The notes: generated by a model not told the origin, from the sequence alone. A stretch of 64,000 nucleotides of DNA from Christensenellaceae bacterium (GCA_045603725.1 JAZUMP010000056.1:4702-68701); one strand, 5' to 3'. Shown: positions 9,649 through 17,604, counted from the stretch's first letter. Numbers and translations are program-made.

Positions 9649-11533
9649 TTAACTCATCAATCCCCTTTAATATTTCCTTTTTTAAAAGGTAGTTTTTATG
9701 TTCGCCGTAATGCTTTTTAAGCCTTTTTGCAAACTCGTAATTTTTATCAATATTAACGTCTTCTTCAAGTATTTTTCTTAAATGTTCTTCTAAGTGAACT
9801 TCGTGGTTATCGTAATCGTCTACAACCACTTCACTTTCTAACATGTCAATATTTTCCTTTTCGGCTTTGCTTCTATGCATACTTGCTAAATCTTGCGCAT
9901 TGTCAAGCGAACCATAACCTAAAATTTCTAAAATTTTACCTTTAGTTCTTAAACTAATAACTCCGTTATCGTCGCCTAAAAGCCCCGTTCTTAACATTTC
10001 GAGCATAGCAGTTTTCTTTTGTGCAGGCGTTTGAGAAATTTCATTTTCAGTATCAAAAACCACGTCGTCTGAAGAAATATCACTCGCTTTAAAGTAAAAT
10101 AATTTAACTAGTTTTGCATTGCCTGCGTTTTTCATAATTCTAGTAGACGTTGCAAATTGTTTGTATATTCTTAAAATATGTTTTGCAATATCTTTAACAG
10201 CGTTTCTAACGCTATCGGCAGTTACCGATAAACGCGTTTCGTCTTGCTCGATTAAAAGTTCAAGCGCCACGCCCGACATAGTAGGGTCGCCAAGATTATA
10301 ACTTCTTGAAATTTCGCTCGTTCCAGAAATTGATACGAATTCGTTATAAAGCCTTTCTTCTTCATACGTAAAGTCTGCAGGAACGGAATTGCTATTCATT
10401 ATTTCAGGAGGTCTTGCACCCTGCCTATAAACTATAACCTTACCGGGCGACAATCCTTCGTCAATTAGTTCTTCCGTATCAACCGAGCCGTCTTCAACCT
10501 TTAAAACACCCATACTAATACGGTTCATAAACTCGTATTTTCTATTTTTTACGGCGTTATACGCTCTTTGAAGTGGAATTAATCTTTCAATAATACTTTC
10601 ACCAAAGAAATTCCCTGCTCTATTAAGAGCCGTTTGTTTTACGAACGGAAAAGTTCTTCTTAATTCAACGCCGTTTTTATACGGGAGTTCACCGTCGAAT
10701 AAAAGTGCGTCTTTAGTAACAATAATTAACCTACCGTTTGGATATTCACTATTTGGAGCAACGTATTTTTCTAAAACAAGTGCGTGATTTTTTAAGGTTG
10801 AAGAAATTTTTTTAGTAGAGTTTAAATTTAATAAATTATCTTCGGTTTTATTTAAACTAAAAACGTCTAACTCTTCACCTATAACTCTTTTACCGTACAG
10901 TTCGTAAATCGTATCAGCGTCTACTGCCCTTGCATGAATTAGACTTTTTAAATCTTCTATTTCACTTTTAAAAATAGAGTCTGGAAAAATTTCAAAGGGA
11001 GAAATTGCCGAAACTTCCACGTCGCCTTCCTTAATTTCCAACCCGTCTTTTTCGCCTAAAACTTTACCTTTTTTATCGTTCCAAGTTATCTTATAAAACG
11101 CAGTACCTAACGATTCCGACCAAACGGTAGCGTCTTTTATAACTTTATCAAGTGATATTCTTTGATAAGTAGAATTTAAAATTTCAGTTGATATTTCAGC
11201 AGTTTTTAAATCTTTATCTTCTCCACCCGACGCTCTTACCGACATACTAGGCCTAACTCTAGAAAGTTTAGCAAGCCTAGTATCTATAATCGGCGCGATG
11301 TGATTAAACACGCTTCTACTTTGCCAACCGTAATACTTTTCTTCTTCCTTAACTTCGCCCATTAAATCAACTTCGCAGTATTGATTTCCAGATAAATAAT
11401 TAAGATTTAATTTCCATTGTCTTTCAAGAAATTTTCTTTCTTCTCTTCGCCTTTCAAAATCCTCAAAAACACTCATTATTATTTGTTTTTCTAAATTGCT
11501 ATCTAATAGTTCTTTACTTAGCGTTTTCATCAT
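9635..11533 (-). CDS. Phage portal protein
   Basis: 632 aa, positioned between the terminase and the scaffold. The N-terminus carries ...ERQWKLNLNYLSGNQY..., a pattern seen in portal families. Confidence 0.7.
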   Translation of the reverse strand: MMKTLSKELLDSNLEKQIIMSVFEDFERRREERKFLERQWKLNLNYLSGNQYCEVDLMGEVKEEEKYYGWQSRSVFNHIAPIIDTRLAKLSRVRPSMSVRASGGEDKDLKTAEISTEILNSTYQRISLDKVIKDATVWSESLGTAFYKITWNDKKGKVLGEKDGLEIKEGDVEVSAISPFEIFPDSIFKSEIEDLKSLIHARAVDADTIYELYGKRVIGEELDVFSLNKTEDNLLNLNSTKKISSTLKNHALVLEKYVAPNSEYPNGRLIIVTKDALLFDGELPYKNGVELRRTFPFVKQTALNRAGNFFGESIIERLIPLQRAYNAVKNRKYEFMNRISMGVLKVEDGSVDTEELIDEGLSPGKVIVYRQGARPPEIMNSNSVPADFTYEEERLYNEFVSISGTSEISRSYNLGDPTMSGVALELLIEQDETRLSVTADSVRNAVKDIAKHILRIYKQFATSTRIMKNAGNAKLVKLFYFKASDISSDDVVFDTENEISQTPAQKKTAMLEMLRTGLLGDDNGVISLRTKGKILEILGYGSLDNAQDLASMHRSKAEKENIDMLESEVVVDDYDNHEVHLEEHLRKILEEDVNIDKNYEFAKRLKKHYGEHKNYLLKKEILKGIDELNGNK

Positions 11534-11714
11534 TTTTCTCCTTAACCTTATATACTTTAGTTAAAACTTTTAATACGCCCAAAGCACATTTGGGGCACAA
11601 TTTTAAACTGTCGTATAGTTTAGAATTTTCGCTTTTTTTAATATAGTATTCGGCTAAATTATTACACCCTACTATATCGCAAACTACGCTTGGTTTTAAA
11701 TTTTCAATTTGCAT
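11514..11714 (-). CDS. Small CxxC...CxxC zinc-ribbon protein
   Basis: Contains CDIVGC...CPKCA. 66 aa, overlapping the portal start. Confidence 0.5.
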   Translation of the reverse strand: MQIENLKPSVVCDIVGCNNLAEYYIKKSENSKLYDSLKLCPKCALGVLKVLTKVYKVKEKNDENAK

Positions 11715-11715
11715 A

Positions 11716-12000
11716 TTAAATCTCCTTATTTTCTATTTTTTTTAAAAGTTCTAGAAGTCGGATTTTCTCTTTTTCTAGTTCTTCATCAGATAAAGTTTTT
11801 AAATCTTGTTCACCGTCAAGTTCAACTAAGAGTTTTACCGCTGAAACGTCGGGTGGAACGTTTTTTGAAACAACTTTTTTCTTAACCATACGAACACCGC
11901 CTTCATCGTCTCCAACGTATTCTTCGGTTATTTCTTTGGCTTCGTAGCCAATAGCCCTTTTATAAAGAGCGTCTTTTACGTCGTTATTATCCGTAGCCAA
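11716..12000 (-). CDS. Terminase small-subunit-like fragment: C-terminal motif only, with no HTH domain
   Basis: LYKRAIGYEAKE...KKKVVSKNVPPDVSAVKLLVE resembles the conserved C-terminal A-x-GY...K-x-x-PPD-x-x-A block of Firmicute phage TerS proteins. The protein is only 94 aa and lies downstream of TerL, not upstream. Confidence 0.45.
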   Translation of the reverse strand: MATDNNDVKDALYKRAIGYEAKEITEEYVGDDEGGVRMVKKKVVSKNVPPDVSAVKLLVELDGEQDLKTLSDEELEKEKIRLLELLKKIENKEI

Positions 12001-13420
12001 TACCTCCTTTACTTCTCCTTGCTTTTCTAATTAAACGCTGTTTATCTTTTTGTACGTCAGTTAAAATTTTAGTGGGTTTATCTACGTGTGGTTTAGTCAT
12101 TATGTAATAGCGAAGTTCGTCAAGCGAATGGTCGTTGCGCTTAACCGGCATATCGTTATTACCCCATCTATAACCCTTTAATTCTTTAATCATGCTTACA
12201 CAGTTTTTAAAGATAAAAATTTTATTGTTTTTAAAAAAGCATTTAACCCTATTAATTCCAGTAAATAAATCCTTATTTACGTTTGTTGACAGATTAATTC
12301 CGTTTTCATAAAAAAGTTCGGAAACGGATTTAGAATAAGCAAGCGTTTTTTGATTTGCAGCCGAATCGATTATTCCTTTTAACTTACCCGAAAAATCCTT
12401 ATGCCAATTAAGTTCGCTCGCAATAGCCTTGATTTTATTTGCGTGAGTTTCTACATCTAGCCCCGCTTCGTAATGCTCTGCAACGACGTAAACGTTTCCA
12501 TCGTAATCAACGGCGTAAAAATGGCAAGAAAGTGGATTTTTAAGACCTGGGTCAATAGATATCATATCTTGCCAATCGCTAGGCACTGTAAAAGGCTCTA
12601 TAACGTGTACGTTTTCATCAAACTCGTAGTATACGGGCCCCGTATCTTCAAAGAACCTTCCGTATCTTCGCGATTCAAGTTCGCGCTCAGATAAACTACT
12701 TGTTAGCGCTTTTATCTCTTTTTTACTCAAATATGGATTATCTGCCCACTCTATAAATTCGTACCAAACGTCTTTAGAGTTATTTGAGTTTAAAAATATT
12801 TCGTCGTAAATAAAAGTTAAGCCTTTAAGTGGAGTCATCGTGCCGAAAATATCTCCACGCTTATCTAATACGCGCATACGGCACTCATCGTAAATATCTT
12901 TAGGTGGTTCTTCATCAAACCACACAAAGTCTAGAGAACTGCCTTGAAATTTTTCACGACCTTGGTCGCAACTTTTAAAGCCTATTACCGATACGCCACC
13001 TAGTACGTTTTTTATTTTTATTTGGTCGATAACCCCTGAGCGAGGGCTATCTTTTTTACCCGAAAGCATCGTAATATCAATAATCCAATCCGGGTTTAGA
13101 TATTTTAAAATTTTATCTTGGGCAACGTCTCGCTGAACTTGTTGCGATAGTGAAACCACCCAACCAAAAACTGATTTTTTATTTTTTCTATAAGGATGTA
13201 TTCCCCTTGCCATATATACGGCTTCGACTGCACCACACTCGGTTTTCCCACTTCTATTTCCACCAAAAACCCATCTATTTCGCTTTTTACACTTGTGAAA
13301 TTTGAGTTGCTTTTTATGCACCTTTTTACCCGTGTTATATCGTAAAAGAGTATTGTTTTCGTATCTTCTTAACTCTTCCATTTCTATTTGTTTTAACTTT
13401 TTAATAATTTTTTCTTGCAT
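11987..13420 (-). CDS. terL: Terminase large subunit
   Basis: Walker A GGNRSGKT (aa 53-60), Walker B LDFVWFDEE (aa 163-171) and a TMTP coupling motif are present. The C-terminal nuclease-like part contains ISIDPG... and ...IIDSAAN. Confidence 0.85.
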   Translation of the reverse strand: MQEKIIKKLKQIEMEELRRYENNTLLRYNTGKKVHKKQLKFHKCKKRNRWVFGGNRSGKTECGAVEAVYMARGIHPYRKNKKSVFGWVVSLSQQVQRDVAQDKILKYLNPDWIIDITMLSGKKDSPRSGVIDQIKIKNVLGGVSVIGFKSCDQGREKFQGSSLDFVWFDEEPPKDIYDECRMRVLDKRGDIFGTMTPLKGLTFIYDEIFLNSNNSKDVWYEFIEWADNPYLSKKEIKALTSSLSERELESRRYGRFFEDTGPVYYEFDENVHVIEPFTVPSDWQDMISIDPGLKNPLSCHFYAVDYDGNVYVVAEHYEAGLDVETHANKIKAIASELNWHKDFSGKLKGIIDSAANQKTLAYSKSVSELFYENGINLSTNVNKDLFTGINRVKCFFKNNKIFIFKNCVSMIKELKGYRWGNNDMPVKRNDHSLDELRYYIMTKPHVDKPTKILTDVQKDKQRLIRKARRSKGGIGYG

Positions 13421-13493
13421 ATGACTAAATACACCATAAAAGTAATTAATTTTACAAATTTTACTACGCTATAAAAGTTATAATTATTTAACT

Positions 13494-14225
13494 ATGAAAA
13501 AACTGTTAACTTTTTTATTTTCGGTTTATGCATTAGGTTTTATTTATCTAACACCTATAAATACTTATAAAGCCGAGTCGGAAATTTATATGCGCGTATT
13601 ATCAAACGGCGTATACGTTTATTCCGACAATAATTTAACTAATAAATTGTTTGAAATTCCATACGGTTACTACGTTAAAGTAGAAAACGTTAGTGGAAAC
13701 ACCGTGCGTGTTACGTACGGCAATAATAATGAAAATTACCCTGTTATTATGGGTTATTGTAAAAAAGAAGAATTAACTGAAATTACGTACACGCCCAATA
13801 AACCGTTTACAGTCATTAAAGTTTCAACTTCGCTTAGCGACGTTTTGTTTAACGACCCAAATTTATCAAAGGCGTATTTCAACGTCCCGGAAAATACCTT
13901 TATGTATTATTACGGCGAATATAAATCTATTAGTGGGAATAATATTTGCTACGTTTATTGCAATAATAAACTTGGCTATTTTGACGTTACGTGCCTAAAC
14001 CCATTTACAGTACCAGAAAGCCCTGACGTTATCGAAACTCCAAATGAAAACGAAAACAAGGAGCAGAGTCCGCAAGAAGAAAACAAAAAACCGAACTCGC
14101 TCCCTGCCGAAAGTTTACAAATTATTATAATTATAGGATTATCGGTAATATCAATATCAATAGTTTATTACCTATTTAAACCAAGTAAACAAAAAACCGA
14201 AAAGCAATTTTTTAATGAAGAATAA
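13494..14225 (+). CDS. Membrane-anchored SH3b-domain surface protein
   Basis: It has a signal peptide (..TYKA/ES) and an SH3b-like segment (YMRVLSNGVYVYSD...GYYVKVENVSGNTVRVTYG). A P/E/N-rich linker and a C-terminal TM helix (IIIIIGLSVISISIVYYLF) follow. Confidence 0.6.
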   Translation: MKKLLTFLFSVYALGFIYLTPINTYKAESEIYMRVLSNGVYVYSDNNLTNKLFEIPYGYYVKVENVSGNTVRVTYGNNNENYPVIMGYCKKEELTEITYTPNKPFTVIKVSTSLSDVLFNDPNLSKAYFNVPENTFMYYYGEYKSISGNNICYVYCNNKLGYFDVTCLNPFTVPESPDVIETPNENENKEQSPQEENKKPNSLPAESLQIIIIIGLSVISISIVYYLFKPSKQKTEKQFFNEE

Positions 14226-14696
14226 TCAATCTATAACGTGTTTTTTACCCATTTCATTTATAGTTTTTTGATAAATGCCGGCAATGTAAGAAATTTTTAA
14301 ATACTTATCTAAAAACCACTTTTCGTCGTAACCTTTAGAATTTAAAATTTTATCGAATTTCTCAATAGCGCGATTTTGTTTTCTAAAATAATTTCTAGAT
14401 TTTAAATCAAAATTTTCATCTTTAGGTAAAATGCCAAAATATTTGTAATAAATAAGCGTTCTGTCGGTTTCACTTAAAACCTCGAGCGCTTCTTTTGTTA
14501 TTTGCTTTAACTCTAATAAATCAAATTTCACTTCGTTAAGTTTAATAATCTTTTCAGCCTGAGAATACGTTGACGTATAATTAAAAAAGGAATTTTTAAC
14601 CTTGCTTTTAATTAAATTCTCAATTTGCATTACGACTTTATCTAAAGTTCGATAACAAGACAACATAGTTTTTCCGTAACAACTCATACCTTTCAC
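14226..14696 (-). CDS. Putative sigma-70 region-4 / ArpU-like late-gene transcriptional regulator
   Basis: 156 aa. The C-terminal segment LSETDRTLIYYKYFG...RNYFRKQNRAIEKF resembles region 4 of small phage sigma-like activators. The gene sits just upstream of the terminase block on the same strand. Confidence 0.35.
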   Translation of the reverse strand: MKGMSCYGKTMLSCYRTLDKVVMQIENLIKSKVKNSFFNYTSTYSQAEKIIKLNEVKFDLLELKQITKEALEVLSETDRTLIYYKYFGILPKDENFDLKSRNYFRKQNRAIEKFDKILNSKGYDEKWFLDKYLKISYIAGIYQKTINEMGKKHVID

Positions 14697-14712
14697 CTCC
14701 GTTTCTACTGAG

Positions 14713-14742
14713 ATTATATAGCCTTTTCGCTACAAATTTCAA
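14713..14742 (-). promoter_or_regulatory. Sigma-A-type promoter for the 14226..14696 regulator
   Basis: On the minus strand: TTGAAA, then 16-18 nt, then TATA(TA)AT. It lies about 20 nt upstream of the SD ggaggtg. Confidence 0.5.
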
Positions 14743-14747
14743 TCGTA

Positions 14748-14807
14748 TATGACAATTTTAAACAAAATAATTTTAATTTTTAACATTTTTGTTTAAATTA
14801 TGTCATA
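14748..14807. promoter_or_regulatory. Large imperfect inverted repeat with TATGACA half-sites; operator-like
   Basis: TATGACAATTTTAAAC (14748-14763) faces GTTTAAATTATGTCATA (14791-14807). It directly abuts the -35 of the regulator promoter. Confidence 0.4.
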
Positions 14808-14812
14808 TTCTG

Positions 14813-14840
14813 TTGATTTATAGATTTTTTGTTCGTATAA
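14813..14840 (+). promoter_or_regulatory. Sigma-A-type promoter, TTGATT-N16-TATAAT
   Basis: The hexamers are at 14813-14818 and 14835-14840. Confidence 0.5.
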
Positions 14841-14851
14841 TATTGTATTTC

Positions 14852-14865
14852 CGAACATTTGTTCG
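14852..14865. promoter_or_regulatory. LexA (Cheo/SOS) box, CGAACATTTGTTCG
   Basis: Perfect match to the Gram-positive LexA operator dyad CGAAC-N4-GTTCG. It lies about +5 to +18 relative to the 14813-14840 promoter. Confidence 0.65.
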
Positions 14866-14888
14866 TATATATAATAAAAAAATAAATA

Positions 14889-14903
14889 TGACAAGAACTG
14901 TCA
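14889..14903. promoter_or_regulatory. TGACA-N5-TGTCA palindrome; a second operator-like site
   Basis: tgacaagaactgtca uses the same half-site as the 14748-14807 repeat. Confidence 0.35.
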
Positions 14904-14951
14904 AAACTACCCTATTATGACTAAATAATTTAAAAAGTTTAAAAATTAATA

Positions 14952-14979
14952 TTGAAATTTTATAAATATATGTTATACT
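14952..14979 (+). promoter_or_regulatory. Extended -10 promoter, TTGAAA-N16-(TGt)TATACT, proximal to the 847-aa gene
   Basis: The hexamers are at 14952-14957 and 14974-14979, with TG at 14971-14972. Confidence 0.5.
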
Positions 14980-15019
14980 ACTACTAAGTATATTATTTAA
15001 TAGTTATTTTAAGGAAAAA

Positions 15020-17563
15020 ATGAAAAAAATCGGTTTATTTATTTTATCTATAATATTCTCCCTATCTTTTTTGTTAGGGATTTTTACTATTGATAAAAAA
15101 ATTGCATTTGCTGAAGAAACTGCAGTTGCCGACACTCAACTTTTTTTACCTTCAAGCCCTATTGAATTTTATGATTTAGACTCGCCTATTTCCGTTTCAT
15201 ATTCTAGTGACGGCTATATGATTATTTCGGAATATTATCAAAATAGCGAAACGGGATATACTAGAAACAGAATAAACGTGTATAATCCTGAAACAAAAAC
15301 CTACTCAATACTTCCTTCACACTCGTCTTTGTCTTCAATTTCACAAATACAAAAGTATGGTGAGTTTATTTATTACGTTAGCCAATCGCAAATTTACTAC
15401 GTGCCTGCAAATCAATTAACGGCTACGCCAAAGGTCGTTTTAGATACGTTGGGCATGCCGGTAATAGTTGCTAACTTTTTCTCTTTTTACGAAAACAAAG
15501 TAGTTGCTAACACTAACAATTTTGCTAATATTTACGAAATAACTATATCTAGTGGCGTTCCCGTTTTTAAAAAATTATACGATTTTGAAACTTTTGCAAA
15601 AGCAGGTTTCTTTGCAGAAGACGGGAATATTTATCTTCTTGATAACGGCACGTTAAAATTTTATCGCGCAAACGATAAAACCATGGTAACTTTAACAACC
15701 ATTAATAAAGACGTTATAAGTTTATTAGACGTTGGCGACTACGTTTGGTACACTGCGGTTGACGGGCTTTATAAAGTTAAAAAACAGCAAAACGCCGAGT
15801 CGGAACTCATAATTCCGGTTAGCGATACAGCAACCACTCTTGGCAATTTACGCTCACCTAAAGGTCTAAGCAAAAAAGACGGTAATTTATTAATTGCTGA
15901 CGATATTTTAAATTGCATTCAAGAAGTCAACACTAAAACTAACGATTTTACCTACTTTGCTATAACCACGGAAGCAACGGCAGATTATCGTTTAACTAAA
16001 GATGCGGAAATGGTAACACTCAGCGAAAACTACGTTTACGCTCTTGATAACGCAACGTTTAAGACCGGTGAATCCACCCCGCAAAAACGTATCGTGAAAG
16101 TTTCTAAAGATAAAGAAATTTATCCATACCGTAAAATTGATTTATCTTCTTTGTACGTTGAAAACGCCGATTTAAAAATAGAACTTTTTACTGCTTCTGA
16201 CACTCATCTTATGATTTATGACGGCGAGTTTGTAACCCTATATAAGCAAACAAATTCTAGCCCGATTACACTAGAAAAACTAGAAACCTATCAATCGTCA
16301 TCAGTAACTTCACTATTTTATTTAGACAATAGTTTTTATTTTTCCGATACTTCACGTGAAAATTACACTCACGATATTGTCAACGTTCATAAAATTACGT
16401 TGCCAAGCCCTAACGATGAACTTGAAGAAATAACTAAAACGCTCATAACTAACACCTCCAATCAAATAAAAGGTATTGCAGTTGATTTCACCGTTGATAT
16501 TTTTGGAAACGTTATAATAGCATACAAAGAAAGTGAAAATAGCACCACTTATAAAATTACCCGAATATTTGGCAATCAAATCACTTCAACAACCACCGTT
16601 AATCACCCTATTTTATCGATAGAAACGGATTTTTCTGGAAACGTTTTTATTTTAAGTGAAAATAATAAAATTTATAAATACACTGAGAAAGATAGCACGT
16701 ACGTTAAAAGTGATTATACTGTAAAACCAATATATAACGATACAATTACTTCTCTCGCTCTTAACTATCGCTCTAGCGACTGTTTCTATATGGGCGACGC
16801 GTGCATATACAAAAATAGCGATAACGTTCTCAATATTAAAAGTTTATCGAAAATATCGGCAGATAACGTTAACGAAAATAAAATTTTAAAAGACATTAAT
16901 TTTGTAACGATAAAAGAAAACGCAAAGATTTTTAAAGTGGAACTTGGAAATTATTTAGTTGATAACGGAAAAAAATATTTTAAAAATATAACGCCTATAT
17001 CTAACCCCAACACTTTAAGAGTTTACGCTGTAATTGCTGAAGTTGATAACGATTACTTACTTATTTCATACTCGCAAAATTTAACGGCGCTTATAAGAAA
17101 AACGTCTATTGGCAATGCTAATGGCGACGCTAGCATTTTAAGCCCTACAGATTATAAGAATTATAACGTTTCGCACGTAAACAATAACGGCAAACCCGTT
17201 TACTTAAGCAATAACTCACATTTATACGCTAAACCTATCGTTGATAGTAATTATAAACTTATTTCCCTTAATAAAGGTCAAAAAGTTTACGCTTATAACG
17301 AATATAAGTTTAACAAAACTAGTATGACTTTAATTTCGCTTAATGAAGGCGGTGAGCCTATTGGATATATAGTTTCAGGCTATTTAAGATTAACGATGGA
17401 ATCGTCTGGCAAAAATATTGAAAGCACTGAAACCACTATTGGAACTAACGCTTCAAAACGCACTAAAACCACTGCTTTAATGCTTATAATTTCGCTTACT
17501 ATCACGCTAGCACTTATATTTATAGAATCTAAACTCTTATTTACTGAAGAAAAAAACAAATAA
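15020..17563 (+). CDS. Large secreted, membrane-anchored beta-propeller-like (NHL/YVTN-style) protein with a C-terminal SH3b domain
   Basis: It has a signal peptide (..IAFA/EE) and about 600 aa of repetitive beta-rich sequence, e.g. LRSPKGLSKKDGNLLIADDILNCIQEV. An SH3b-like segment (HLYAKPIVDSNYKLISLNKGQKVYAY...GYIVSGYL) and a C-terminal TM helix follow. Confidence 0.6.
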   Translation: MKKIGLFILSIIFSLSFLLGIFTIDKKIAFAEETAVADTQLFLPSSPIEFYDLDSPISVSYSSDGYMIISEYYQNSETGYTRNRINVYNPETKTYSILPSHSSLSSISQIQKYGEFIYYVSQSQIYYVPANQLTATPKVVLDTLGMPVIVANFFSFYENKVVANTNNFANIYEITISSGVPVFKKLYDFETFAKAGFFAEDGNIYLLDNGTLKFYRANDKTMVTLTTINKDVISLLDVGDYVWYTAVDGLYKVKKQQNAESELIIPVSDTATTLGNLRSPKGLSKKDGNLLIADDILNCIQEVNTKTNDFTYFAITTEATADYRLTKDAEMVTLSENYVYALDNATFKTGESTPQKRIVKVSKDKEIYPYRKIDLSSLYVENADLKIELFTASDTHLMIYDGEFVTLYKQTNSSPITLEKLETYQSSSVTSLFYLDNSFYFSDTSRENYTHDIVNVHKITLPSPNDELEEITKTLITNTSNQIKGIAVDFTVDIFGNVIIAYKESENSTTYKITRIFGNQITSTTTVNHPILSIETDFSGNVFILSENNKIYKYTEKDSTYVKSDYTVKPIYNDTITSLALNYRSSDCFYMGDACIYKNSDNVLNIKSLSKISADNVNENKILKDINFVTIKENAKIFKVELGNYLVDNGKKYFKNITPISNPNTLRVYAVIAEVDNDYLLISYSQNLTALIRKTSIGNANGDASILSPTDYKNYNVSHVNNNGKPVYLSNNSHLYAKPIVDSNYKLISLNKGQKVYAYNEYKFNKTSMTLISLNEGGEPIGYIVSGYLRLTMESSGKNIESTETTIGTNASKRTKTTALMLIISLTITLALIFIESKLLFTEEKNK

Positions 17564-17564
17564 C

Positions 17565-17604
17565 AAAATCGCGTTCTTTTATTTGAGAACGCGATTTTAG
17601 TTTT
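17565..17604. terminator. Bidirectional rho-independent terminator
   Basis: aatcgcgttc pairs with gaacgcgatt as a hairpin, flanked by an A-run and a T-run, between convergent genes. Confidence 0.75.

Larger units (their letters stand above)
3726..13420 (-). mobile_element. Phage-derived capsid or short-tail morphogenesis gene cluster. No integrase or att site was seen, so it may be domesticated rather than mobile.
   Basis: Eleven co-directional ORFs overlap or sit less than 40 nt apart. The core order is TerL, portal, scaffold, capsid. Confidence 0.75.

Noticed and set aside
14830-14843. The 14-nt string tgttcgtataatat recurs at 57735-57748.
   Set aside because: It is short and AT-rich, and it combines a -10-like TATAAT with GTTCG. 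Matches of this length are expected by chance in 64 kb of AT-biased sequence.
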